Shown: positions 9,212 to 19,504 of the stretch, piece by piece | How the letters are laid out: every line of letters begins with the position of its first letter | Numbering within the stretch: position 1 is the stretch's first letter | IMG/VR virus record: IMGVR_UViG_3300043100_000006 | Coordinates: 1 to 64,000 of that record | Direction: 5' to 3' (one strand) | Source: a virus | DNA: 64,000 bases | Made by a program: the position numbers and the translations under genes | Notes under the pieces: model-generated | Told to the model about the DNA's origin: nothing | What the model saw: only the letters and a program-made list of their open reading frames with translations | Databases searched by the model: none

Positions 9212-10108
9212 GTGAAGAAAATGCAAGCAACAATTGATCTCGGTGAGCCGCGCCAGAATGGATTCGAGTTCCCCGTAACGCTAGCTGAAAAGTACCAGCC
9301 ATGGATCAAGGACTTCGTGGGGCTCACGGAACCAAAGCGCGTAATGCTAGGACTGCTCAAGAATCCAAAACCGTGTTCGTTGCTTTTTATGGGCGATCCT
9401 GGAAGCGGGAAAACTACAATGGCGATGAAGTTTGCAGAGCAACTGCCGGCCGCGCATCATCATGTACGTGCGCAGTCGGCAGACATTGGCACGCTGGACC
9501 GCATCTGGGAACTCTGTCAGTATTATCCTGCTCGCGGTCGCTTCCATGTTGTGCATATCGACGAAGTTGATGGGGCCACGGAGAAAGCGCAGTTGCAACT
9601 ACTCTCGCGCATGGATGGCACATCCAGCCTGAAGCCGATGTGGGGCGGAGGATTCGAGCGCGGCGAGGTTCCGCCAATCATCTACATATTCACTTGCAAC
9701 GGGCGGCGCGTTAACGGAGAGATGAAGCCGCCAAGCGAATTGCTGCCACGCTTCCTGAGTCGATGTATCGTTCTTAATTTTGAAACTGTTCCAGTCTCGC
9801 AACTCGCCATGTATCTGAGCCATGTTTGGCGCAAAGAGAACGGTCCGGAGCGCGCCTACTCACAGGAATATTTCGAGTATCTCGCGGAGGGCATGGGTGT
9901 AAGAGATGCACTAATGCGTCTCGACTCCGAACTGTTAGCGCCGCGGAGTGCTGGCGATATCACTCGCATACTGCGGGAACGCGAGACGGCTAAGCGACAG
10001 CAAGAAGAGGTCATCAAGACTTCGCCGTTCCTGATGGACGATGCTGCTGCCGTCAGACTTGGACGGCAGATTCGCGCCGCGCAGTTACAGAACGCAAGTC
10101 AGGCTTGA
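9212..10108 (+). CDS. AAA+ ATPase, clamp-loader (DnaX/RFC-like) clade, paralog 1
   Basis: LAEKYQP, GDPGSGKT, HIDEVD, FLSRC sensor motif. Confidence 0.85.
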   Translation: MKKMQATIDLGEPRQNGFEFPVTLAEKYQPWIKDFVGLTEPKRVMLGLLKNPKPCSLLFMGDPGSGKTTMAMKFAEQLPAAHHHVRAQSADIGTLDRIWELCQYYPARGRFHVVHIDEVDGATEKAQLQLLSRMDGTSSLKPMWGGGFERGEVPPIIYIFTCNGRRVNGEMKPPSELLPRFLSRCIVLNFETVPVSQLAMYLSHVWRKENGPERAYSQEYFEYLAEGMGVRDALMRLDSELLAPRSAGDITRILRERETAKRQQEEVIKTSPFLMDDAAAVRLGRQIRAAQLQNASQA

Positions 10109-10190
10109 TCTTTGCTGAGCGGACTACCCGCAGGCAGGGCGTCCTGGGTGGTACCAGGCAGGCCGGGCGTAAGACGGCCAAAGGACTTGT

Positions 10191-10637
10191 ATGTTTTTCA
10201 AAGCTATCACGGTGCGTCAGCCTTGGGCGAACGCGATCTTTCTCGGCAAAGATGTGGAGAATCGCTCGCGCTACTTCAGTCATCGCGGACATCTACTAAT
10301 CCATGCTGCGACTAGAATTGATGAGTCAGCGCTGGACGACCCGCGCATTGTCGCACTACCGTCGAACGAATTGATATTGGGACAGTTAATCGGTGTGGTG
10401 ACTGTCCTTGATTGCGTGCGCGTCTCGGAGTCCAGATGGGCGGAGCCTTCATCCTGGAAACTCGTGCTTGCGAATGCGCGCTTGCTGAGACATCCCGTCC
10501 CTTGGCGCGGAAGTCTAGCGCTGTTCAATGTCAGTCAGGACGCTCTAAAGGACGTGCTTCCCAGTGGACTGGAGTCCGAAGTTGCGCCGGGGATGCTGAG
10601 TTTTACGACGGTCACGCGCGACCGGAAAGCCGACTGA
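10191..10637 (+). CDS. ASCH domain protein
   Basis: KAITVRQPWA..I..GKDVENRS...LLIHA...P.P.RG.L.LF. Confidence 0.9.
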   Translation: MFFKAITVRQPWANAIFLGKDVENRSRYFSHRGHLLIHAATRIDESALDDPRIVALPSNELILGQLIGVVTVLDCVRVSESRWAEPSSWKLVLANARLLRHPVPWRGSLALFNVSQDALKDVLPSGLESEVAPGMLSFTTVTRDRKAD

Positions 10638-10710
10638 CGGCTCAGGCGCACGGCTGGCGCGAGTTGCGCCGTGCGCCATCTACCTAGTTGAAGGCGGGAG
10701 GACAGAGAAC

Positions 10711-10992
10711 ATGAAAGCCGAAGCGGTGCAACTGGTTTTATTGAGAGAGCGCAACAAACTGCTCGCGGAATCTGTAGATTTGCAGCGGCAGTCTATGGAG
10801 TTTGCCAAACATCAGGCCGCCGAGCAAGCGAAGCGTATTGGCGATTACGGCGATAAACTTCTCAAAGAGGGGCTGAGAGATGTTCTCTCAGAGCTTCGCG
10901 TTGCCGAGGCTCAGACACTGCCCGACGATGACAAAATCATCATGGAGCGCATTCGCGAGGCGATCAAAAAGCTTGAAATGCTAACCATGTAG
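10711..10992 (+). CDS. hypothetical coiled-coil protein
   Basis: GGAGG RBS, 93 aa. Confidence 0.6.
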   Translation: MKAEAVQLVLLRERNKLLAESVDLQRQSMEFAKHQAAEQAKRIGDYGDKLLKEGLRDVLSELRVAEAQTLPDDDKIIMERIREAIKKLEMLTM

Positions 10993-11049
10993 GAGCCTAT
11001 TTTCCGGCTACCTTACGCCTCCACCGGGTGGAGAGATTGGAGTTCTACG

Positions 11050-11271
11050 ATGCCTTGCATGTGCGGAGACACTCACTGTTCGAGTTGCGGACCTGCTCAG
11101 GGAAATTCACGGTGTCCAATCTGCCGAGCATGGGCGGATGACGGGTGTGAACACTTTGACGAAGAGACCGGCGAACTGAAACCGGAGTTTCGGGAGGAAG
11201 CCGAAAAACTGGTAGCACTAGAGACTGCCGCGTTCAAGGAAATTATCGAAGGGGACGATTTCCCGTTTTGA
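11050..11271 (+). CDS. small Cys-rich hypothetical protein
   Basis: MPCMCGDTHCSSCGPAQGN; follows palindrome copy at 11020. Confidence 0.65.
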   Translation: MPCMCGDTHCSSCGPAQGNSRCPICRAWADDGCEHFDEETGELKPEFREEAEKLVALETAAFKEIIEGDDFPF

Positions 11272-11272
11272 A

Positions 11273-11301
11273 TTGACACCTAGCGGATTCACTAGTATTC
11301 T
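11273..11301 (+). promoter_or_regulatory. sigma70-like promoter with GATTCACTAGTATTCT box
   Basis: TTGACA-17 bp-TATTCT. Confidence 0.8.
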
Positions 11302-11319
11302 TCGCTTTGGAGAAATAGC

Positions 11320-12141
11320 ATGGAACTTTTCAACATCGACATCCCCGAAACCGAATCGGCGGCACTCCCTGGCTGCAACTACATCTACGCTCCTGCTGGA
11401 CAAGCTGGCGAGTACGCACCGCTGGCAGCGAACCCGTACCGTGGATGTTCACATGCCTGCAAATATTGCTACGTTCCAGGCGTTCTGCGAATGGACCGTG
11501 CGGAGTTCGATGCAGGCGCTAATCCGCGGCCGAACTTTCTCGCCAATCTGCGGAAGGATGCAGTTAAGTATCAGAGGGCAGGCATCACCGAGCAGGTAAT
11601 GTTGTCCTTCACGACCGATATTTACAACCCCTCAAACACTTCGATAACCCGCGCCTGCCTGGAAACTATTCAGGATCACGGTATGGCGATTTGTCCGCTG
11701 ACCAAAGGTGGACGCCGTGCGCTGGCCGATCTGGATTTGTTCCGGCCTTCGCGCGATGCGTTCGCTTCCACATTGACAAGTCTGGACGATTCCTTTTCTC
11801 TCAAGTGGGAATCACGGGCTGCGTTACCCGGCGACCGCATCCAGACACTCAAGAGATTTCACGACGCTGGCATCTTTACCTGGGTTAGCTTGGAGCCGAC
11901 GCTCGATGTTGAATCCAGTCTGGCAATCGTGAAAGCAACGCATGAATTTATTGATCTTTTCAAGATCGGGAAAGCCAATTACCTCAAGGGGATTACATCC
12001 ACCACGGACTGGAGAACCTACACTCTCCGCATGATCGACCTGTGCGCGAAACTCGGAGTCGCCCATTACATCAAAAAGGATCTCCAACCATTTTTGCCAA
12101 ACGGTTATAAAAATCCGCTGCGAGTCTCGCAGCATCACTGA
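11320..12141 (+). CDS. radical SAM protein (SplB-like)
   Basis: NPYRGCSHACKYCY CxxxCxxC motif; LTK, TWVSLEP. Confidence 0.9.
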   Translation: MELFNIDIPETESAALPGCNYIYAPAGQAGEYAPLAANPYRGCSHACKYCYVPGVLRMDRAEFDAGANPRPNFLANLRKDAVKYQRAGITEQVMLSFTTDIYNPSNTSITRACLETIQDHGMAICPLTKGGRRALADLDLFRPSRDAFASTLTSLDDSFSLKWESRAALPGDRIQTLKRFHDAGIFTWVSLEPTLDVESSLAIVKATHEFIDLFKIGKANYLKGITSTTDWRTYTLRMIDLCAKLGVAHYIKKDLQPFLPNGYKNPLRVSQHH

Positions 12142-12155
12142 GAAAGAGGGCGCAC

Positions 12156-13046
12156 GTGCAAGACGCAATGGACTTCGGGCAGCCGCGACAGAACGCATTT
12201 GCATTCCCGGTTTCGCTCGCCATTAAATACCAACCGAAGATCAAAGACTTCATCGGACTCGAAGGCCCGAAGCGTACATTGCTCGGCCTCATCAAGAAGC
12301 CGAGGCCGTGCGCGATACTGGCAATCGGAGCGCCGGGTACGGGCAAGACTTCCGCTGGCATGGCGCTTGCGGAAGAGATGCCGACCAGCCTGAACCATCT
12401 TCGGTCACAGTCTTGCGATGTTGCCGCACTGGAAAGAACGTGGGAGCACTGCCAATACTATCCCGCGAAGGGCAATTTCCACCTGGCGCTCATCGACGAA
12501 ATCCAGCACACAAGCGACAAGACGCAACTGCAATGGCTCTCGTATGGCGACGGGACGGCATCGTTGCGCCCGATGATGTTCGGCGGATTCGAGGCTGGGC
12601 AAGCGCCACCTGTAATTTGGTATCTGACTTGCAACGGTGTGGGACCAAAGCAAACGGACCCGCCCACGGGATTGCTGGCGGCATTGACGCAGCGGTGCAT
12701 GGTGCTACGCTTTGAAGCGCCGGAACCGGCAAAGACTGCCGCATACCTGCGATGGGTTTGGGAGCGCGAAGGTGGACCTAAACGATACCCGAGCGAGTAT
12801 TTTGAATCGCTGGCGAAAGGGATTGGCGTGCGGGATGCGCTCATGCGGTTGGACGTGGAGTTGCTGGCGCCGCGGAGTCCAAAGGAGATTCGTGAGCAAC
12901 TGGCTGCGGATCGGGAAGTAGCGGCGAAAGCGGAAGCAGCGAGAAGCGAGATTACTTTGGTGGACCCGGAGCGGAGCGCAGCGGCACGGCGAGCATGGGT
13001 GACAATGCGAACGGACAGAGCAAACCAAGCGGCGGCAGCGCAGTGA
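12156..13046 (+). CDS. AAA+ ATPase, clamp-loader clade, paralog 2
   Basis: LAIKYQP, GAPGTGKT, LIDE, QRC; colinear with 9212..10108. Confidence 0.85.
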   Translation: MQDAMDFGQPRQNAFAFPVSLAIKYQPKIKDFIGLEGPKRTLLGLIKKPRPCAILAIGAPGTGKTSAGMALAEEMPTSLNHLRSQSCDVAALERTWEHCQYYPAKGNFHLALIDEIQHTSDKTQLQWLSYGDGTASLRPMMFGGFEAGQAPPVIWYLTCNGVGPKQTDPPTGLLAALTQRCMVLRFEAPEPAKTAAYLRWVWEREGGPKRYPSEYFESLAKGIGVRDALMRLDVELLAPRSPKEIREQLAADREVAAKAEAARSEITLVDPERSAAARRAWVTMRTDRANQAAAAQ

Positions 13047-13873
13047 AGCGAAAACCACAACCAAAGAATTTCCTCCGCACGGCGACGCTGGAGAGCCTTG
13101 AAGGAACGAAGCTGACTGCCATCTCCTTGTTCAGCGGATGCGGCGGAATGGATCTTGGAATAATGCAAGCTGGCTTCGAGGTCCGCGTGATGATCGACAA
13201 TGATAAAGCCTGCTGCGACACTCTCGCCTGCAATTTTACGGATGCGGGTTGGCGAAAACACAGCAGAGGGAAGCGGCCAGTATACGGCAAGAACCAGAAG
13301 CGGGAGCCGGTCATCTTGCACCGCGACATCTGCAAAACGAGCACGGCGGAACTCCTCGAAGCGGCCGATCTGCAAGTCGGTGAGTGCGGCGTGGTGACAG
13401 GCGGGTTCCCATGCCAAGGATTTTCGACCAGCGGCAAGCGAGAGATCAAGGACCCGCGCAACAGTTTGTACCTGCAATGCGTGCGAGTGGTCCGCGAAGC
13501 GCTGCCGCGATTCTTTATTTTCGAGAACGTCAAAGGTCTGATCAGCATGGGCAACGGTGCGATTATCAACCGAATATGCGGAGACCTGGCGGCGGTCGGA
13601 TACGAAGTGGTTTGGGAATTACTGAACGCGGCAGACTACGGAGTGCCCCAGCATCGAGAGCGCGCGTTCTTTATCGGTCGCAGACTTGACATGCTGGTGC
13701 TTCCGACAGGAGCCAAGAGGCCGCATCTCCACATGGGCGTGGCGGGCCGATACAAGCACCCGGCATTCTTCGAGAAACGTCATAAACTGGCCACAGGCTG
13801 GCGGCTCTCGGCTTCTTCCACCGGGTGGACAGATTCGACCCTAACCCACAGGCAGGGGCGTCCAAGGGGCTAA
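13043..13873 (+). CDS. C5-cytosine DNA methyltransferase, apparently lacking motifs IX/X
   Basis: SLFSGCGG, GFPCQGFS, FENV, YGVPQHRER. Confidence 0.85.
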   Translation: MKRKPQPKNFLRTATLESLEGTKLTAISLFSGCGGMDLGIMQAGFEVRVMIDNDKACCDTLACNFTDAGWRKHSRGKRPVYGKNQKREPVILHRDICKTSTAELLEAADLQVGECGVVTGGFPCQGFSTSGKREIKDPRNSLYLQCVRVVREALPRFFIFENVKGLISMGNGAIINRICGDLAAVGYEVVWELLNAADYGVPQHRERAFFIGRRLDMLVLPTGAKRPHLHMGVAGRYKHPAFFEKRHKLATGWRLSASSTGWTDSTLTHRQGRPRG

Positions 13874-13915
13874 AATCGCCCCAAAAACGACCCTAAAATA
13901 CCCTTACGAATTGTG

Positions 13916-13944
13916 TTGACATTACCAGTGAATCTGACTACCAT
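13916..13944 (+). promoter_or_regulatory. sigma70-like promoter with inverted box
   Basis: TTGACA-17 bp-TACCAT; spacer contains TTACCAGTGAATC (rc GATTCACTGGTAA). Confidence 0.65.
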
Positions 13945-13996
13945 ATTCTTGTACTCAATTACTGGTCCTTCGGGACCGCCTACAAGGAGTGACCCA

Positions 13997-14497
13997 ATGG
14001 GGCACATGAGCACGGCGACACAGGAAGCAATCACCCTCAGGCGCAAAGCAGCGGCAGCCAAGGCATGGGAAACCATGCGAGCAAAGAAGGCCACGCAACT
14101 CGAAGGCATCCGCGAAGGGATGCAGCAGACGGCGGAAAGCCTCAACGTCGATGATCTCTCAATCGTCCAACTTTATCTCCTCAGCGGCGGTGATGGGAAG
14201 CTTGACCCGGATTACCAGTTGTACCGGGCGCCAAGCACTCCGGTCACTGGGCTGAGCCATTATGTGGTGATTGGCCGAGCAGGGAAGGCAGTAACGCTCT
14301 TGCACCCTCCGACGCTCACGAAGTTCGACATTCCGGTTTTCAGTTTCCGGCCACGGCCAGCGGACCCGACCTGCTCGCGTTCGCGGATCGCAAAGCAGAT
14401 CGCTTCCCGAATCACATTGCATCGTCAACTCAAGCGCGAAGTTCCGAAGTGCGCCGAGCAAGTTTGCGCAGCTTTTGCGCAGAAGGCGGTGAACTAG
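13997..14497 (+). CDS. hypothetical protein
   Basis: AAGGAG RBS; RKAAAAKAWETMR motif. Confidence 0.7.
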   Translation: MGHMSTATQEAITLRRKAAAAKAWETMRAKKATQLEGIREGMQQTAESLNVDDLSIVQLYLLSGGDGKLDPDYQLYRAPSTPVTGLSHYVVIGRAGKAVTLLHPPTLTKFDIPVFSFRPRPADPTCSRSRIAKQIASRITLHRQLKREVPKCAEQVCAAFAQKAVN

Positions 14498-14499
14498 CC

Positions 14500-16937
14500 A
14501 TGCCGCAAACAAATCCCCAAGTAAAACTCCGGCTAGACGGCCAGCTTTCGCACAAGGAATGTAATACGGTTCTCGCAGCGTTGCGCTTATTCCAAACATG
14601 CCTCGGCAAGACGGAGGAAGATCCAATCGAAGTGTCGATCACAGACATTCTGCTGATGGAGCACTTCGAAGACGGCGAGGAGCCATTAACCGAAACCGAG
14701 ATTGACATGCTGTGCGAGCGCATCAATCTGGGTCCACTGCCCGAGCAGATCGCGACTGAAGCGCTGGCGTGCATCCCGGTGCGAGTGGGCGGCGAACTTA
14801 AATCGCATCTCGCTTTTGTTCGGTCCGGCCTTGGTATCGACAGCCACACCCTATGCCTGAAATCATGGACGCGGAAATCCGGCGAGCCATTCTCCGCGAA
14901 GTACGATTGCGCGGAATGCTGCGAGAAGCAGGAGGCGGCGTCATGACTCCTCATCTCCAAGCACCAACCGAAGTAGTGACCAAGATGGTCCAGTCCAACC
15001 GCTCTTTCATGACATGGGACGGCGAAAAGAATCGCACGCTGAAAATGTACCGACCATGCGATTGTGGGTGCGACCGGGCGAGGTTCGGATACCTCTCTGG
15101 TTCGGATGACAAAGGGAACGGGCTCACGATCTACGCGAAGTCTGAGAAGCAATATCAGGCGATGCGGAAGATATTCGGGGGTGCCGTATGAAGTGGACAG
15201 TTCATCCAGAGCAGGGCGCCGAGTTCGCAGAGTATCACGAATCCGACGCCGGAAGAGTTGAGCGCACACCGTCAGGATGGGATGCTTGGGTGTACATCCC
15301 AGAAAAGCTGCGGTTTGGCCATGCGACAAAGCACAAGGTAGGGGAGTGCTACACGACGGCGGTGTCCGCAAGGGGCGCTGTTATTCGAGCATGGAAAAAA
15401 TACGCGCCCTTGAATGAAGGTGTGGCATGAAAACCATCCTGTGTCCAGAAACCCTCTCCATCTCCCACGCCTGTGCCATGCTTCGCGAGATGGAAGCGCA
15501 AGGCATCATCTCAAACCTCGGTGGCTCATGGGAACCAGGCCGCAAGTGTCCAGAGGATGGAATGCGGCTTTACAACGATGCGTGGTTCGAGTATCGCGGC
15601 CAGCTCGTGAACGCGCATCATTTCGGCATCGTGTATGCCGTGTTCGATGTGCTGAACGGCAGGCCGGCAGCGGCAGAGTATTCCGAGTGGGGACCGCCAA
15701 AGAAAGCCGAGGACCCTTGGGTTGGGCTGGACGATCTGCGGCAGAAGTTGGAGGCCGTCCATGCCTAACGGGCAGTGGGTGTTCACGCCGATTACCGAGG
15801 AGGATCGCAAGCGCGGGTTTGTAACGCTAAGGACCGGCGAACGAGTCGAATTGACCGAGACGCCGCGACTTTCGGAGATCGAGATTCGGAGGTCGCGCTG
15901 CTTGGTGGTTGTGGCTTTCTGCGTTGCGGCCATCGTCCTCATTGTTGGGATATGGCGAGTGTGCGGAGCATGATTACCAGCACAGAACAGAGGCTCATCG
16001 TCGAGGCATCTATCCGGCGAAACATGCTGGCAATTGCGGACGAGATGGACCGCATAGCGGAGTCAGGCATTGAGTTGCCGGAAGTGCCAGGAGTGGTAAC
16101 GGCGTTCACGATGGGGCAGCAGGCGCGCAAGGAATGCGCCGAACGAGCAGGGCAGATTCGAGCGCTGTACGGGAACTTTACTTTTGGGCGGCAGCAGAGA
16201 GTGAACTAGATTCCTCCACCGGGTGGACGGATTGGAATTGACCATGCAGAGAAAAAGCGATGCGACGACGTTGCTCGGTGCGGCTCTGGTAGCGCTGGGT
16301 AACAGGAACTTTGAAGGCGTCGCAGATCGACTGCAACGCTCGCGGGTGATGATACGAGCATTTGCGGAGCAGAAAGGATCCCCCGTCGTCGAGGAGGTCG
16401 AGCCGCATCTTTTATTCGGCTCGACCTCTGGCATTACGAGTTTGGTGGTATCGGCAATTACGAGCATCTCGAAAAACAATCTCCAGGATGGGTACATAAA
16501 GGTGCGGGATGCTGGGCTGATGTTGAAGAAGATGGTTGAGCAGCGCGGTCGGAAGCGGGTGGGTGTATGAGCCGATGTGATGTCTGCCACGAGCCCATCG
16601 AGAAGGGCGAAGGTTTATTGCACAGCACGGAGCGGCTACTTGATTCCAGTCCAGAAGTGATGGGCTTCGCATTCTATCCGTGGGCCGACGTACCGGAGCG
16701 ATTCCCCATCGGGCGAATTCACAAGCGGTGTTTGCGGACGCAACTCCACAAGTACCTTGAGAGATTTGAGATGGGGCGGTTGGCGCTACCGGCTGCGCGA
16801 ATCATCATCACGAGGAAGAAGATGGCAGGGAGGGCAGCGCGATGAGGAACGCTCTGGAACTCTGGATACTGGACAAGATAGATTCAGCAATGCTCTGGCT
16901 GATCTATCTAGGGAGCGCCAAGGTTCAGGGTTCCTGA
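14500..16937 (+). other. run of ~9 small tightly coupled hypothetical phage genes
   Basis: ORFs 14500-14946, 14943-15191, 15188-15430, 15427-15768, 15761-15973, 15970-16209, 16244-16570, 16567-16845, 16842-16937, many linked by ATGA overlaps. Confidence 0.65.
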
Positions 16938-16943
16938 GGGTTA

Positions 16944-16975
16944 CTAAATTAGGGGAACTATATAGTTAACTCCCT
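16944..16975. repeat. left arm of ~31-bp inverted repeat
   Basis: CTAAATTAGGGGAACTATATAGTTAACTCCCT vs rc of 17804..17834 CTAATTTAGGGAACTATATACATAACTCCCT (28/32). Confidence 0.85.
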
Positions 16976-16988
16976 TGGAGGATTGAAA

Positions 16989-17240
16989 ATGATCGTCTGT
17001 GCAAACTGCAATAGGGCTATGCGCCCGAAGAAAAACGGTACAGCGTTTATAGAGATGGCTCAGGCTCGCCCGTACAAACTCTGGATGGCCGACCTCTGGG
17101 AATGTCAAGACTGCGGAGCGCAAGTGCTTTACACGGCTCCGATGCAGACTCCAATCGCGGAGTCTTACCAAGAAGAGTTTCCGGCGAAGATTGCCACTTA
17201 CGCGCCTCCGTATCAGGCGAAAGAATGGAGCAGGGCATGA
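16989..17240 (+). CDS. small zinc-finger hypothetical protein
   Basis: CANC...YKLWMADLWECQDCG; GGAGG RBS. Confidence 0.7.
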   Translation: MIVCANCNRAMRPKKNGTAFIEMAQARPYKLWMADLWECQDCGAQVLYTAPMQTPIAESYQEEFPAKIATYAPPYQAKEWSRA

Positions 17241-17797
17241 GCGCATTGCAAGAATTGGGCTTTACGAAAGAAGAGTTAGAGCAGAAGGTTATCCAAAAGA
17301 TCGCGGATGATCTTCTACTTGAATACGGCTACGAGTCGGAAACTGGCGCGGATACCGTCGATGACAGCCATCTAAAACGCAAGTTCCACGAGATCATCAA
17401 GAAGCACGTTGATCGCCAGATTAACAAGATGGCGGAGGAGTACGTTGTGCCGCATGTCCGCGAGATCATTGAATCCGTCTCACTCCAGCAGACAAATCAG
17501 TGGGGTGAGAAGAAGGGCGAAGACAAGACATTCAAGGAGTATCTGACGGAATCGGCGCAAGCGTACCTCAGTCAGCCCGTCGATTTCCAAGGCGATGCGA
17601 GTAGCAGTTACAGCCAGAAGAATCAGACTCGGCTCGTGCATCTCGTTCATCAACATCTGCACTATGCAATTGAAAGTGCGATGAAGGATGCGGTCGATCA
17701 GGTCAAGAAGCAGATCGGTCCTGCGCTTGAAGCGACCGTTAAATTGAAACTCGGAGAGATCGCCAACTCGCTCAAGGTGCAACTAGCAACGAAATAA
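17237..17797 (+). CDS. hypothetical helical phage protein
   Basis: 186 aa, ATGA overlap with the upstream gene. Confidence 0.7.
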   Translation: MSALQELGFTKEELEQKVIQKIADDLLLEYGYESETGADTVDDSHLKRKFHEIIKKHVDRQINKMAEEYVVPHVREIIESVSLQQTNQWGEKKGEDKTFKEYLTESAQAYLSQPVDFQGDASSSYSQKNQTRLVHLVHQHLHYAIESAMKDAVDQVKKQIGPALEATVKLKLGEIANSLKVQLATK

Positions 17798-17803
17798 GGA
17801 CTT

Positions 17804-17834
17804 AGGGAGTTATGTATATAGTTCCCTAAATTAG
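17804..17834. repeat. right arm of ~31-bp inverted repeat
   Basis: See 16944..16975. Confidence 0.85.
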
Positions 17835-17846
17835 AGGGAGGAAAAT

Positions 17847-18066
17847 GTGACGCGGCAAGAGCATTTTAGATTGGTGCAAACAACGGGCCTTGGAATATGT
17901 CGCTCCTGGCGATATGGCGAGCGCCTTTGCTTCTATGACCTCAGACCTCGGCAAACATGAACAGACCGAGAACCACGCGGGGATTCAGCTTGGAATGATG
18001 ATGCTAATGGGAGGCCGTCTGTCCACCGCGCGAGAGATGCGAGAGTTTATCGAGGGTTTCAATTAG
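17847..18066 (+). pseudogene. small phage protein with +1 frameshift (or sequencing indel)
   Basis: GGAGG RBS; removing one T from CATTTTAGAT restores MTRQEHLDWCKQRALEYV...SDLGKH...FIEGFN (220 bp = 73 codons + 1). Confidence 0.6.
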
Positions 18067-19105
18067 GGCGTAGCTGATTACGTGCGCCGCACACGAAAGG
18101 GAAAATGGCACAATGAGCGAGATCGACCGGGATTTGGAGCGAATCGAGCGCAAGTTGGACCAACTCTTAGAGTGGGTGGGTTATACGGACACTTGCGTCT
18201 GCCTCACGCGATACAGTACCCGTAATGCAACGCGAACTGCTGGCCGCCTGATATGTGAAAGATGCCGCAAGCCAGTAGACGAAAAGAGGGAGGCCGCACA
18301 GTCCTCATGACTGTATTTCCTAACAATCCGATAGTAGCGGCGTCGGCGATGGCGAGCGTAATTTATCTGTCGCTGCGATTCTGGCGGTGGTTGCGTCGAT
18401 GAAAGCGCCAACGAAATCATGCACGGATTGCGAGAAATCTAAAATGATCCATTGCTTTGCTCCATGCGAGTGGAGGAAGACGCTAGACTCAGATCGGCAC
18501 TGCCGGGAGTGCCTTGCGGGAGGAAGAAAGAAACCGGGGCGAGTGAAACACGCGGGGCGCGAAGTGTGGCGGAGGGATATGCGAGGACTGTTTGCATGAA
18601 CACCTATTTTCCATTACCGACTTCCGCGAGGTCGACTCCGACTCCGGACCTGCTAAAAGCATTCAGGGAAGCGAGTTCTATGTTCATGTCTTTGACGGCG
18701 GAACAGATTAACTCGGGGTGTTGTTTTGATTGGGCGGTTAAAGTATTTGACTTGGTCGAGGGCAGTAAGATTGCCGGCCACAATATCGAAGGACACGGCC
18801 ACAGCTACATCGAAGTGGGCGGATTGTGTTTTGATGCAGAGTGTTGGGAAGGTGTAGAGGATTGGCAGCAGTTGCCGTTCTTTCGCCGAGTGCTTCAGGG
18901 GAGGCGATGGATTGAGGCGAGTCATGGCCGATGGTTATATGGAGGCGGCATTCCACCTTGCGACAGGTGAATGCAGGCAAGCCAAGGCGAAATCTGCCGC
19001 GGTGTGAGTGTGGCCACTCGGTGAACAAGCACGTAGACGGGAAAGGGACGTGCATGGTGCGCGGGTGCTTTCGGTGCTGGGAGTTTAGGAGAGCGAGATT
19101 GAAAG

Positions 19106-19504
19106 ATGGGAATCGCTGACTTCATGGCCGATTACGAGCGAAGCACGGAACGAAATCCCTTCGCCTCTGCCGAGCGAGTGTGGCGCGCGAAAGCGGCATT
19201 CCGTCTTGCGGCATTTGATGGTCGCGTGGCTTTCAGTATTCGTTCTTTGCAGCGGGGCTGCGGGTATGGATCGGCAGCGTTGCTTTGGCTTTGCGACCTG
19301 GCGGACAAGCATGGAGCGATCTTGAGCGGGGTGATTGAACCGATGGGCAACCTACGGCCACGGTTGACGGCTGGGCAGTTGCGGGCATGGTATCGGAGAA
19401 ACGGATTCGCAGTAACGCGGGATGATCGCATTTGTCGAGTGCCGATGGGGATGGCGGAATCTTTCCACCGGGTTGAGACTTTAGAGGCAAGGAGAACGAG
19501 TTGA
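19106..19504 (+). CDS. GNAT acetyltransferase-like protein
   Basis: QRGCGYGSAAL..L...AD and LRAWYRRNGF motifs. Confidence 0.75.
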   Translation: MGIADFMADYERSTERNPFASAERVWRAKAAFRLAAFDGRVAFSIRSLQRGCGYGSAALLWLCDLADKHGAILSGVIEPMGNLRPRLTAGQLRAWYRRNGFAVTRDDRICRVPMGMAESFHRVETLEARRTS

